Positions 38,506 to 47,250 of a DNA stretch of 64,000 nt are shown here, piece after piece; position 1 is the stretch's first letter, and each line of letters starts with the position of its first letter. A model generated the notes under the pieces. That model searched no databases, was not told the DNA's origin, and saw only the letters and a program-made list of their open reading frames with translations. This DNA comes from an uncultured virus (IMG/VR IMGVR_UViG_3300023208_000399) (Duplodnaviria; Heunggongvirae; Uroviricota; Caudoviricetes), in IMG/VR virus record IMGVR_UViG_3300023208_000399; one strand, 5' to 3'. The position numbers and the translations under genes were made by a program.

Positions 38506-39104
38506 AAGAGCGCCCCATCCTCTTCAGCGGCCCCATGGTCCGCGCCCTGCTGGACGGTCGGAAGACGCAGACCCGGCGGACAGTGAAACTCCCCACCAAG
38601 GGCGAGTATATCCGCGGGCACTTCGAGAAGGGCCAAGCGCCGGCCAACAAGGGCAAACGCTGCCCCGAAGGCACCGGCGGGCGCCATCCGAACGCACGGC
38701 GGACGCAGTTCCGCAAGGGGCAGGAGCCGCACAATACGAAGCACCTGGGCCACGAGCGGATCAACGTCGACGGCTATATCGAGATCAGCGTCGCCGAGAC
38801 GAACCCGCACACCGGCTACGGGCACCGCTACGTCCACAAGCACGTCCACCTGTGGGAGGCGATTAACGGGCCGGTCCCCGAGGGCCACTGCCTGAAGTGC
38901 CTCGACGGCGACAAGACCAACACAGACCCAGCGAACTGGACGCTTATCCCGCGCGGCGTCCTTCCCCGGCTGAACGGCGGCAAATCCACCCGGATCATGG
39001 CCTACGACACGGCGCCGGATGAACTGAAGCCCGCGATCCTGACCATCGCCAAGATCGATCACCGCGCCCTTGAACTGCGGCGCCAGCGGAGGACCGCCGC
39101 ATGA
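38502..39104 (+). CDS. HNH endonuclease with an ASCH-like N-terminal peptide
   Basis: [25 protein letters not shown] followed by FEKGQ.P.NK, H..LWE..NGPVP, DGDKTN...N. Confidence 0.75.
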   Translation: MKERPILFSGPMVRALLDGRKTQTRRTVKLPTKGEYIRGHFEKGQAPANKGKRCPEGTGGRHPNARRTQFRKGQEPHNTKHLGHERINVDGYIEISVAETNPHTGYGHRYVHKHVHLWEAINGPVPEGHCLKCLDGDKTNTDPANWTLIPRGVLPRLNGGKSTRIMAYDTAPDELKPAILTIAKIDHRALELRRQRRTAA

Positions 39105-39451
39105 CCGACATCTCGCAGAAGCAAGGCGGTTGGACGCCGGGGCCTTGGAAGGCTCACCTGAACTTCCGTGGTGAGAATGGTTCGCCCGATGTCTGGCAGA
39201 TCGACGACGAGCACGATGCCGTTTGCACGACGCAGTTTTGCTACGCCCAGAACACGGAAGCCAACGCCCGCCTGATCGCCGCCGCGCCTGATCTGTATGA
39301 GGCGCTGAGGGAGGCGAAACGCGCGCTGTGGATCGGGGCGCGCGACCAATGGAACCTGTCTGACTTCAAGAACTGGGCTGTTGTCCAGCAGATCGACGGG
39401 GCGCTCGACAAGGCCCGCGCCAACCCCTCCACCGACCAGGGAGAAGGGTAA
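39101..39451 (+). CDS. TPGPW...[10 protein letters not shown] family protein, copy 2
   Basis: Motifs shared with 34897-35268. Confidence 0.7.
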   Translation: MTDISQKQGGWTPGPWKAHLNFRGENGSPDVWQIDDEHDAVCTTQFCYAQNTEANARLIAAAPDLYEALREAKRALWIGARDQWNLSDFKNWAVVQQIDGALDKARANPSTDQGEG

Positions 39452-39454
39452 GCC

Positions 39455-39898
39455 ATGTGCGGCTATACTGGACATGAGTTCGGGGCGCGCTACCCCGATA
39501 GCATCTGCATCGACGGGTTCCTTTGGGACGCTGACAGCGGCGATGACGACGGTCTGACCCATGGCGGTGATTGGGCTTGCCCGCGCTGTAACACGGCCCG
39601 CTTTATCGAAGACGCCGCCGAGGAATACTCGACCGGCTCCTGCGGCACGTCGATGGGCTATTCATGGGTCGAGGCCGAACAGTTTGAGCGCGTTGTTGCG
39701 AAGGCTCACGCCGAGAACCCTGACGAGACAGCGCGCGTCATCCCCACCATCGCGCCGTTTCAATCGTCCGACTGGCCCGACCGTCAGGCCGTCCGAGACC
39801 GACGAGCGCCATGGGACGACACCATTGAGGTGACGGTTGATCCGGTGGCGATCCTTGCCGCCCTCCGTTCCACCCACCCCACCGGAGCGGATCAATGA
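39455..39898 (+). CDS. Hypothetical Cys-containing protein
   Basis: YPDSICIDGFLWDADS, CPRCN. Confidence 0.65.
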   Translation: MCGYTGHEFGARYPDSICIDGFLWDADSGDDDGLTHGGDWACPRCNTARFIEDAAEEYSTGSCGTSMGYSWVEAEQFERVVAKAHAENPDETARVIPTIAPFQSSDWPDRQAVRDRRAPWDDTIEVTVDPVAILAALRSTHPTGADQ

Positions 39899-40221
39899 GC
39901 GGGCTCGTGGAGAAGCTGGAACGGGCGGCTGTGATTGTCGAGCGTGGCTGGACGCAAGGTACGTTCGCTCGAAACGAGGCCGGTGAACGGGTCGATATGT
40001 GGACCAAGGAAGCGACGTGCTTCTGCGTCTCGGCGGCTCTTCAGAAGGTCGATGGCCGCAACCGCTCCGACGCCTGGAACCGATTTGACGGATACGCCCG
40101 AAAGCGGGGCTTCCGACACATGGCCGATTTCAACGACGCGCCCGGCCGAACGCAAGCCGAGGTGGCCCAAGCCCTTCGACAGTGCGCCCTCAATCTCAAC
40201 GAGACCCGCCATGCAGAATGA
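39895..40221 (+). CDS. DUF6197-like protein
   Basis: GWTQG...FCV.AAL...FNDAPGRTQAEV. Confidence 0.7.
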   Translation: MSGLVEKLERAAVIVERGWTQGTFARNEAGERVDMWTKEATCFCVSAALQKVDGRNRSDAWNRFDGYARKRGFRHMADFNDAPGRTQAEVAQALRQCALNLNETRHAE

Positions 40222-40579
40222 ACAAACCCCCGCCGCTGGGCCGTTGCTTCTGCCTTGCCCGTTCTGTGGTGGCGAAGCTGAGATCATCCACTTGGATGAT
40301 GACGACAACGCGGGCGGTTCGTGCGTCTGCTGCACCAAGTGTCAGGCATCAGGAAACGTCGAGTTCGGACGCAAGGAGAACTTCGTCGAAAACTGGAACC
40401 GTCGCGCCCACCCATCCCCGACCCCCGCCGCCGATGCCGACAGGGTGCGGATCGCGGTCGAGGACATCCAAGCCAAAATCAACGCTCCACTGACGGGGCC
40501 AACGCACGGGGCATGGGACCGAGGCCGCATCGCAGGCCTCAAGGAAGCCCTCGCCGCCCTGAAATCGGAGGGGAAGTAG
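40211..40579 (+). CDS. Lar-family restriction alleviation protein
   Basis: LLPCPFCGGEA...C..C.A...WNRR. Confidence 0.75.
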   Translation: MQNEQTPAAGPLLLPCPFCGGEAEIIHLDDDDNAGGSCVCCTKCQASGNVEFGRKENFVENWNRRAHPSPTPAADADRVRIAVEDIQAKINAPLTGPTHGAWDRGRIAGLKEALAALKSEGK

Positions 40580-40843
40580 ATGGCTAGGACATGGACTGTC
40601 ACTGGCTACGAACGCACCACGATCATGATGCGCGTCGAGGCCGATACAGAGGAAGAAGCAATCGAACTGGCTAAGCGCGGGGGCTACAGCGACGTGGACA
40701 GCGAGCCGGGTCCTAGGCTCTTGCGACCCGCGTGGGACGCCCGCGAGGGCTGGGTAAACGGAACCAAAAGCCAGCACAGCGGCAACGCGAGGTTTGCTGC
40801 CGCCCTGAAATCGACCGCCGCGAAGGAAGGGGGAGAGCTGTGA
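40580..40843 (+). CDS. Hypothetical protein
   Basis: VEADTEEEAIELA motif; adjacent ORF. Confidence 0.6.
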   Translation: MARTWTVTGYERTTIMMRVEADTEEEAIELAKRGGYSDVDSEPGPRLLRPAWDAREGWVNGTKSQHSGNARFAAALKSTAAKEGGEL

Positions 40844-41118
40844 GCATCAAGCCTGAAGGCAAAGCCGATTACGCTATGGCTTCCGACTTGGGGCGCAAAG
40901 TCGGTGCCGACATTGGCGACACGATCACGCGGACATTTGTGCTCGGGCAGACGCCCTATCAGCGAGAGGTCATAGCCATCGCGGCGGCTGCTTCCGCAAT
41001 CATATTTGCCCGCAGCGTCATGCGCCTCAACACCCCCGACGTCACCGACCACGACATTTTGGAGGCCCTGACCGAGAGCCTGCTTGATGCTCGCCCTGCG
41101 CATGGAACAGCCCAATGA
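40840..41118 (+). CDS. Hypothetical protein
   Basis: GTGA-coupled ORF. Confidence 0.55.
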   Translation: MSIKPEGKADYAMASDLGRKVGADIGDTITRTFVLGQTPYQREVIAIAAAASAIIFARSVMRLNTPDVTDHDILEALTESLLDARPAHGTAQ

Positions 41119-41546
41119 ACGCCTCCTCTCCCACAAACACGGCAGGGCTGGAGAACGCAGGTCACATTGTTTGGCTCAAAGCCGGGGGCGTCAGGTATTG
41201 CCCCGAGGGCGAGCCGTTTACGATCTCGGAATCCTGCCGCGTCGAACCCCTCGTCACCGCCGCATCTGCACAAGCCAGGATCGCTGAGCTGGAGGCTAAG
41301 TTCGAAGCTGCTGACCTCGCGCTTGCCGTCACGAAAATGATGGTCGGCGACCAAGAACGCCGCGCCCAAGCAGAAGAGGCCCGAGCCGATAGGCTGGCGA
41401 CCCTATCCACGCGCCTGTCTACACGTCTCTGCGACGCGCTGGAGCGGCTCTATTCAACCGACCCTGAATGGGTCAAGACCGAGTACCCGAACGGCGTGTC
41501 AGAGAAACTGGTGATCGACGCCGCCCTACAGGACCAACCCAAATGA
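41115..41546 (+). CDS. Hypothetical coiled-coil protein
   Basis: ATGA-coupled; ARIAELEA. Confidence 0.6.
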   Translation: MNASSPTNTAGLENAGHIVWLKAGGVRYCPEGEPFTISESCRVEPLVTAASAQARIAELEAKFEAADLALAVTKMMVGDQERRAQAEEARADRLATLSTRLSTRLCDALERLYSTDPEWVKTEYPNGVSEKLVIDAALQDQPK

Positions 41547-41962
41547 GCGCCATCGCCCTGATCTGCCTGACCCTGGCGATGTCAGATGGCGACTCCGGCC
41601 GCTGCCTGACCGAAGACGGCGAGCGCCACCGCATCCGGCTGGCTGGCGCCGACGCGGGCGAGGTCGCGCCGTTTACCCGGTGTCGCCAGCGGCCCAACGT
41701 CTGGGCCTGTTCGCCGGTCGCCAGGACAACGGGGTCAGAGGCCGCGCGTCGGGCCCGGCAGATGGCCGGCGGCGGCGCCCGCTGCACTGTCACGGATACT
41801 GATCGCTACGGCCGGAACGTCGCCGTCTGCACGGTCAATGGACAGGATCTAGGCGGGCAACTGGTCCGCGAAGGCCTGGCCATCAGCGAGACCAACTACG
41901 GCGACCCCTACAGGCGCGAGGAAGACGCAGCCCGGCGGGAGAGGAAAGGGATCTGGCGATGA
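41543..41962 (+). CDS. Thermonuclease (SNase-like)
   Basis: DGDS, IRLAG.DA.E, DRYGR.VA.C, LVREGLA, AR..RKGIW. Confidence 0.88.
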   Translation: MSAIALICLTLAMSDGDSGRCLTEDGERHRIRLAGADAGEVAPFTRCRQRPNVWACSPVARTTGSEAARRARQMAGGGARCTVTDTDRYGRNVAVCTVNGQDLGGQLVREGLAISETNYGDPYRREEDAARRERKGIWR

Positions 41963-42150
41963 GCGCGGCGAACGACAACAAGCTGGCCTTCTCTGTAAAG
42001 GAGGCGAGCGAAGCCTTGGGCGTCGGCCGCTCGACCATCTTCGAATTGCTCGCCGATGGGCGCCTGACGCGGGTGAAGATCGGGTCGAAAACGGTTATCC
42101 CCAGATCTTCATTGCTCGCTCTTCTGGGCGAGACCGACGACGCGGCTTAG
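41959..42150 (+). CDS. xis: Excisionase (HTH_17-like)
   Basis: SVKEASEALGVGRSTIFELL...KIG; adjacent to att. Confidence 0.85.
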   Translation: MSAANDNKLAFSVKEASEALGVGRSTIFELLADGRLTRVKIGSKTVIPRSSLLALLGETDDAA

Positions 42151-42164
42151 GGCGCGGCTTAGGG
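42141..42164 (+). repeat. Tandem CGCGGCTTAGGG x2, probable integrase arm sites of prophage 1
   Basis: 12-bp direct repeat ~50 bp from the att core. Confidence 0.55.
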
Positions 42165-42214
42165 TGGATCGACAAATCGCCCCGCAAACCCAAGCACAGA
42201 GGGAAGGTAGCGCG

Positions 42215-42230
42215 CCCTCCGTCTCCGCCA
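42215..42230 (+). other. att core, duplicated 3' end of a tRNA (Ser-like)
   Basis: CCCTCCGTCTCCGCCA ending in the discriminator G + CCA, right after xis. Confidence 0.75.
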
Positions 42231-42278
42231 TTCTTTTCCTGATAATCCAATAACTTACGGCCATCTGGCCGGATCGTG

Positions 42279-42466
42279 CCGTGCCAAGCGCGCCAAATGG
42301 CTCGTTTTTGGCACGGGTGGCACGGTTTCAGCGGGGAAATCTGGCCCTTGGCACGGTTTCCCCGCTCTCCATTTTCGTAAACGAAATCAACATCGTGCCG
42401 CATGGTTTGGCACGGTTGGCACGATTTTCAGGCCCGCGCTGATGGGCTTGGCACGGTCTGGCACGG
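42279..42466. repeat. TGGCACGG repeat array, putative arm-type sites of element 2
   Basis: Direct copies at 42309, 42318, 42349, 42408, 42417 (TGGCACGA), 42449, 42459; inverted copy at 42279. Confidence 0.7.
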
Positions 42467-42486
42467 TTTCGCTGATAGGATTCGGT

Positions 42487-42915
42487 TCAGCGAGTCGCGA
42501 CTTGCTCGACCATCATGACCACTGGTGCATGGTGATGGCCCGTATGTGAGCCGAAGGCTTCGCCGGTCACAGTGACATCTCGACCGACTGCGGCCGACAG
42601 GATGCGAAGAAGGGCTGGCTCCATGGAGCTTAAGTGAACGCGGTCGAATGACTGGTCCTGCTCAAGAAACTGACCGCCGTCATTGGCGCATTGACGGGCT
42701 TGTAGCTCCAGAATGAACGCCCGCTCTTCTGCGTCCCCATCTGCGATGCTCTCGTAATTCGGCGGGCCAGCGAAAAGCTGCGTCGTCAACTTTCCGGTGA
42801 AAGTCACCTTGGAGTTAGCTTCCGAAATATCGAGGCACGCTTCGGCTCGCACCGTCGCCGGAAGGCACAGCAAACCAACGGCGGCCCCGAGTGCAATCAG
42901 CTTCATGTTGATCAT
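42487..42915 (-). CDS. DUF4431-like secreted protein
   Basis: Signal peptide; GPPNYES...GD; TGHHHAPV. Confidence 0.7.
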   Translation of the reverse strand: MINMKLIALGAAVGLLCLPATVRAEACLDISEANSKVTFTGKLTTQLFAGPPNYESIADGDAEERAFILELQARQCANDGGQFLEQDQSFDRVHLSSMEPALLRILSAAVGRDVTVTGEAFGSHTGHHHAPVVMMVEQVATR

Positions 42916-43754
42916 TCCTTTAGCTGCCGAGTGATGTCGGCGATGCTGCGAGCGAGGTCGGCTTCGGCCTTCTCTGCGGCGCGCTTTTGAAAATCCTGTT
43001 CAAGAATCTGGATGATCGCGGCGCGCACGATGGGAAAGAACCGCTTGCAGGTTTCCTCATCGAGTTCATGGAGGCCCTTGCTCAAGATGGCATAGGCCGC
43101 TCGATGTGTGACGAGCGCGGAGGGCAGAACGCTTTTCAGCGCGTTGATTTTCTCATCCATCCGCATCGTTCCAAACCCCTCGACAGGTTTGGGGAGTTCC
43201 TCATGGTGCTGGTAGATCAGCCGTTCGAAAATGCGCCGCAGATAAACGAACGAACCTATGCCGATGCCGTGGCTGGCCAGACCGGTCGCTGTTTTCAGTT
43301 CGCGGAAGTAGCCGCCCTTTAGCTGGTTCCGATACTTTTCAATGTCGGCTCCGGCGATGTCTTCCAAAGAGGGCCACTGGCCGATTTTCAGGAGCTTCCT
43401 GTCAGTGATCAGCAGTATGTAGCGATATTTGTGGAACGAGTTTCGAACGCAGGAAACGTCCACCATCCACTCGGAGTTTTTGAGCATCCATTCTGGGTCA
43501 GACGAACCCCCGCCACTCCCTGATCCACCGCCCACGCTACGCAGCGTCTTGAAAACGCTGTCTCGCTTGCAGTGCAAGCAATAGGCATCAATCGACAAAT
43601 TCCCTCGACGAAGAGCCTCAAGCTTCCTCCGGGTGTCATCGTCATCCTCAAACGGGAAGACGGTGTAGAGTGGAGTTTCGAGCAGCAAGCTGGTGATCGC
43701 GGGTAGGCTTGGCGCGGGAGGCGGGGTCGGCAGACTTTCGGTGTCATCGGTCAT
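42912..43754 (-). CDS. Hypothetical protein, possible HEPN/DUF4145-like
   Basis: GIGSFVYLRRIFE, MDEKI..L, YAILSKGLHEL. Confidence 0.6.
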   Translation of the reverse strand: MTDDTESLPTPPPAPSLPAITSLLLETPLYTVFPFEDDDDTRRKLEALRRGNLSIDAYCLHCKRDSVFKTLRSVGGGSGSGGGSSDPEWMLKNSEWMVDVSCVRNSFHKYRYILLITDRKLLKIGQWPSLEDIAGADIEKYRNQLKGGYFRELKTATGLASHGIGIGSFVYLRRIFERLIYQHHEELPKPVEGFGTMRMDEKINALKSVLPSALVTHRAAYAILSKGLHELDEETCKRFFPIVRAAIIQILEQDFQKRAAEKAEADLARSIADITRQLKE

Positions 43755-43798
43755 GGCGGCATTCTACGGCACAGGTAGAACGCCGCAACGCGAAGCTG

Positions 43799-44026
43799 TC
43801 AGTCCATCCGGCCGTGTCGCAGGAAGTAGGCTTCGGCGAAATCGGCCGCCTCGTCGATTTCGGCATCCAGCGTGACCAGCAGGTTCTCAAGCTCGTGCAG
43901 CCGGGTCCGGGTCTTGCTGATCTCGGATCGTGTGTTCTGGGCGTTCATGTCCGCCCGAGTGAACAGCACCAGCTTTTGGGCGAGCATCCGGGGCGTCAGT
44001 TCGTCGTCGGTGTAGAGGCGGCTCAT
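43799..44026 (-). CDS. Hypothetical coiled-coil protein
   Basis: ATGA-coupled. Confidence 0.55.
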   Translation of the reverse strand: MSRLYTDDELTPRMLAQKLVLFTRADMNAQNTRSEISKTRTRLHELENLLVTLDAEIDEAADFAEAYFLRHGRMD

Positions 44027-44289
44027 GGCGCAACCTTCCTCGGCTGCTCAACAAGGTCGTCACTAAACGCCATCCAGCACATGAAGGCGTCCATCTCGTT
44101 GTCGAAGTGAACCTCGACCTGCCGCGATACGCTGCGGGTGCCATTTTGAGGCGCGCTGTTCCTGACCATTTGGAAAATGCGGGTGTGGGGAGACACCCCA
44201 GCACAGCGCAGCCAGTCCATGATGTCTTCGGGCGGGTGGCCGTCCTTCCAAGGGGCGACGTATGCGCCGGGTCTGGGCGGTGCGATCAT
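44023..44289 (-). CDS. Hypothetical phage protein
   Basis: ATGA-coupled; VHFDNEMDAF motif. Confidence 0.6.
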   Translation of the reverse strand: MIAPPRPGAYVAPWKDGHPPEDIMDWLRCAGVSPHTRIFQMVRNSAPQNGTRSVSRQVEVHFDNEMDAFMCWMAFSDDLVEQPRKVAP

Positions 44290-44657
44290 TTTCCCACCTT
44301 GAAGCTCATCGGCTTCCGGGGGACCTGCACCTCGTCGAAGATGCTGTAAAACGTCGGCTTCGTCCCGATCATGACAGTGCCGGGCAGAGGCTTGAGGGGC
44401 GGGATGACCTGTTCTGCCCCGGCTTCGAACGCCTCCGACTGGAACATCTTGAAGTTCACCTCGTCGGTGTCGTTCTCGAACGAGACGGAGAATTCGAACC
44501 ACTGCGTGACGCGCTGCTCGCGACCGTGAACGTCCACGTCAAACTTCAGTTGGGCGGACGGAGCTTGGTCTGCGATCCAAGCGAGGATCGGCGCAGTTTC
44601 CTGAAGCTTTCCGTAGACCTCGTAGACGGTGCGGGACGTGCGGATGGTTGCGCTCAT
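44286..44657 (-). CDS. Hypothetical phage protein
   Basis: GGAGG RBS; VSFENDTDEVNFKMF motif. Confidence 0.65.
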   Translation of the reverse strand: MSATIRTSRTVYEVYGKLQETAPILAWIADQAPSAQLKFDVDVHGREQRVTQWFEFSVSFENDTDEVNFKMFQSEAFEAGAEQVIPPLKPLPGTVMIGTKPTFYSIFDEVQVPRKPMSFKVGK

Positions 44658-44738
44658 TGATCGTCCTCCGGCAGGGTCCAGACCGGGATTCGGAGTTCGG
44701 TCTGGTTGATGGTCGTGCGGATGGTGCGGGCGGTCATG

Positions 44739-44963
44739 TCATGCGCCCTTTCGTTTCAAAGGGTTTTGGTGCGTCCGAGGACGGCCGAGGTGCCAGTTGC
44801 CGCACTCCCGACATTTGAAGGATTGGAGAGGCCCGGCTTGGCGGGGCGGCCCGCCGTTGCGGCTCTTGCGAGACAAGCTGATCCCGACGCGAGAGGCGTT
44901 CGCTTCACGCTCGGAAGCGTAGGAGAGCTTGCCGGTATGGTGACAGGGCGGACGGTCAGACAT
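44739..44963 (-). CDS. Small Zn-finger-like phage protein
   Basis: C..TGK.SY...CRECGNWHL. Confidence 0.65.
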   Translation of the reverse strand: MSDRPPCHHTGKLSYASEREANASRVGISLSRKSRNGGPPRQAGPLQSFKCRECGNWHLGRPRTHQNPLKRKGA

Positions 44964-45165
44964 CGGCTTTCACCGGCGGCTTCCAGAACAGCAGCAACGC
45001 CAACATCATCGGTAGAACGAGAGGCCAGAGCGCGAACGACGCGAACGCGCAGGTCTTCCATCCCTCATCAGATACTGGCTCGCCGCCGCGCTCCTGACGA
45101 AGGGCTTGGATGGTCGAGAGGAACAGGGTCAGCATCCCGACCGCGACGTAGATGTAGAACTCCAT
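44956..45165 (-). CDS. Small membrane protein
   Basis: Two hydrophobic segments. Confidence 0.55.
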   Translation of the reverse strand: MEFYIYVAVGMLTLFLSTIQALRQERGGEPVSDEGWKTCAFASFALWPLVLPMMLALLLFWKPPVKADV

Positions 45166-45296
45166 CACGACCGCCCCCGGATCATCCGCCAAAGCTGACG
45201 CCAGTTGTCCGCGAGCCAGTTCGCTGTGAGGCTTCCGACCACGCCGCCAAGGGTGCCGGGCAGGACAACGTAGAGGGCGAAGTCCGACAGGCTCAT
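45165..45296 (-). CDS. Small membrane protein (43 aa)
   Basis: ATGA-coupled; C-terminus RQLWRMIRGRS duplicated in the neighbour. Confidence 0.5.
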   Translation of the reverse strand: MSLSDFALYVVLPGTLGGVVGSLTANWLADNWRQLWRMIRGRS

Positions 45297-45469
45297 GCGC
45301 GCCCCCGGATCATCGCCCAGAGTTGGCGGTGCAGGACGCCATCGCGGGCGTCGCGATCTCGTGCACGATCCAGCCGCTTGCGATGCCATTCCGCCCGGCG
45401 GTCGTTGATGATCGCGGCGGCCTCCGCTGCGGTGACGGGCTTGCCGTTGTATTCGAAGGCCGAGATCAT
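45293..45469 (-). CDS. Hypothetical protein (58 aa)
   Basis: ATGA-coupled; C-terminus RQLWAMIRGRA. Confidence 0.5.
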   Translation of the reverse strand: MISAFEYNGKPVTAAEAAAIINDRRAEWHRKRLDRARDRDARDGVLHRQLWAMIRGRA

Positions 45470-45612
45470 CGGTTGGCCTCCCCGATCAGTTCGTCGAGGT
45501 AGGGGCGCACCAAATCCCAGACCGGCGGACCTTTCTCGGCGTAGAGTTCGGCCATGCGCTGACGCACCAGAGCGACGATGCGCTCGTGCTGTTCGTCTTT
45601 GGTCACGTCCAT
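45466..45612 (-). CDS. Hypothetical protein (48 aa)
   Basis: Coupled to the HNH stop. Confidence 0.5.
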   Translation of the reverse strand: MDVTKDEQHERIVALVRQRMAELYAEKGPPVWDLVRPYLDELIGEANR

Positions 45613-46118
45613 CAAGCGACCCTCGTGACGGTCCAAGAACCGTCGTCGTTGGCGGCCTTGGCGAGGTTGAAGCTTCGCTCGCCACGTCGGCTCGCCGCCC
45701 AGACTTGCCGCTGAATGCTGGCGCGGATGAGTGGGCTGGATGTGAAAGTCTGGCCGACTTCCAGAATATCCCAAGGGTAGATGAAAGGGCGCCCGCCTCT
45801 GTTCACTCCCATCGCATGGCTATCGCGAAGGTTCTCTGATCGCGTGGCGTAGCGCAGGTTCGACGGTCGGTTGTCGGTCTTGATGCAGTTGCCGTGCGCG
45901 ATGTCCAAACCTTCCGGGCGCGGGCCGTGGAATGTCAGGGCGATCAGACTGTGGACCGTGCGGGTCTTGGTTTTTGGGTCATGGTCGAGCTTCACGCCGA
46001 CCAGATGATACCCGAGGGGGTGATTGAAGGGCTTGAGAATATTGCCCTTCGGGCCGCGAATGCGGCCGAGGCTGGACGCCTCATACTTTGAGTTCGGAAT
46101 CTGTTTCCATAGCTCCAT
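45612..46118 (-). CDS. NUMOD4-HNH endonuclease
   Basis: WKQIP...YEASSLGRIR; VH.L.A.TF.G; H.N....DNR..NL. Confidence 0.88.
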   Translation of the reverse strand: MELWKQIPNSKYEASSLGRIRGPKGNILKPFNHPLGYHLVGVKLDHDPKTKTRTVHSLIALTFHGPRPEGLDIAHGNCIKTDNRPSNLRYATRSENLRDSHAMGVNRGGRPFIYPWDILEVGQTFTSSPLIRASIQRQVWAASRRGERSFNLAKAANDDGSWTVTRVA

Positions 46119-46132
46119 TGTTGTCACCAAAC

Positions 46133-46271
46133 GAAAAAGGCCCCACCGATGAGCAAGATCGGCAGGGCCTCTTTCTGGAAACGAACAAGCTGTTCAGACT
46201 ATGCGCGCGTTTCAAACATCGGCCCGATCCGCGACTTGCTCTCGCCGGAACGGTTGTGATGTTATTTAGTC
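46133..46271 (-). promoter_or_regulatory. Structured leader/attenuator, copy 1 (GACTAAATA + kissing-loop hairpins)
   Basis: Loops GAGCAAG and CTTGCTC; last hairpin followed by TTTTT. Confidence 0.6.
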
Positions 46272-46392
46272 AGCGACGCGGGAAACGCTGTCGGGAGGTT
46301 AATCGCGCGCTGGCCTCATTTCGAACCACCGACGCAAGGAACTGACCCGCTTAGCTGTGCTTTTATGTGTCTCACCCAACGGAGATATGGTT

Positions 46393-46893
46393 ATGGCCGA
46401 GAAAACACTCGACACTCTGTTCCACGACACCCTGAAGGATATCTATTACGCTGAGCGGAAAATCCTGAAGTCGCTCCCCAAGATGGCTCGCGCCGCCCAG
46501 TCGCCCGAACTGAAGGCCGCGTTCGAGAAGCACAAGGATCAAACTGAGGGGCAGATCGAACGTCTGCAACAGGTGTTTGAGATCATCGGGAAGGCTCCGC
46601 GAGGAAAGACGTGCGACGCCATCGAAGGCATTCTCGCCGAGGGCGATGAGATCATGGAGGAATATAAGGATAATCCTGCCATGGATGCGGGTCTGCTGGC
46701 CGCCGCGCAAGCAGTCGAACACTACGAAATTACCCGATACGGCACTCTGCGACGCTGGGCGAACGTGCTGGGCCTAACTGACGCAGCCGCTTTGCTCGAA
46801 GAGACCTTGAATGAAGAGTCCCAAACCGATGAAGACCTCACGGCCATTGCAGACGCCGCCGTTAACGCTGAAGCGATGAAGAAGTCCGCCTGA
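46393..46893 (+). CDS. yciF: YciF/DUF892 ferritin-like stress protein
   Basis: LKDIYYAE, H..QTE.Q..RL, QAVEHYEI.RYGTL. Confidence 0.9.
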   Translation: MAEKTLDTLFHDTLKDIYYAERKILKSLPKMARAAQSPELKAAFEKHKDQTEGQIERLQQVFEIIGKAPRGKTCDAIEGILAEGDEIMEEYKDNPAMDAGLLAAAQAVEHYEITRYGTLRRWANVLGLTDAAALLEETLNEESQTDEDLTAIADAAVNAEAMKKSA

Positions 46894-46951
46894 TTCGTAA
46901 GGAACTCGCGTCATCAACCGGTGTTGAACGAAGGCGAAGCAAACTATCTGT

Positions 46952-46980
46952 AGCGGTGACCTCGGTCACCGCTCTTTTTT
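46952..46980 (+). terminator. Strong intrinsic terminator
   Basis: AGCGGTGAC-CTCG-GTCACCGCT + CTTTTTT. Confidence 0.85.
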
Positions 46981-47046
46981 GGGTCGCCATCCTTCACAGG
47001 GTGATGCACCGACCCGATCCGCCCTCGACTACCGCGCCGCAACCAC

Positions 47047-47249
47047 CGCTCCCTCTATTAGAGAAATGGTTTGGCGCCGACGAGGAACGAGGCGGGGGCA
47101 AGCCTATGTCCCTATTGTTGGGCGAACCGTCAGGTGATGCTCTCTATTAGAGGGAACCGACCAAAGCCGTATTCGCCGAGGGGTGCTCCCTCTATTAATA
47201 TATTAGTATTAGGGGGTATTAATAGAGGGAGCATCACTCCCGGCGAATA
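47047..47249. repeat. Region with CTCTATTA repeats and a perfect 17-bp inverted repeat around an AT-rich loop
   Basis: TGCTCCCTCTATTAATA 47184-47200 / 47217-47233; outer stem TATTCGCCG/CGGCGAATA. Confidence 0.75.
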
Positions 47250-47250
47250 G

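Larger units (their letters stand above)
1..42230. mobile_element. Prophage 1, temperate HK97/lambdoid-like siphovirus (~42 kb); left att lies upstream of the window
   Basis: Integrase at the left end, excisionase and tRNA-derived att core at the right end; full lysis/tail/head/replication/immunity gene order in between. Confidence 0.95.

Noticed and set aside
42150..42235. Intact tRNA gene
   Set aside because: Only the last ~16 nt match; no TTC T-loop or cloverleaf upstream
47047..47233. T7-type RNA polymerase promoters
   Set aside because: Only superficial CTATTAGAG similarity; both orientations; no RNAP gene visible in the window
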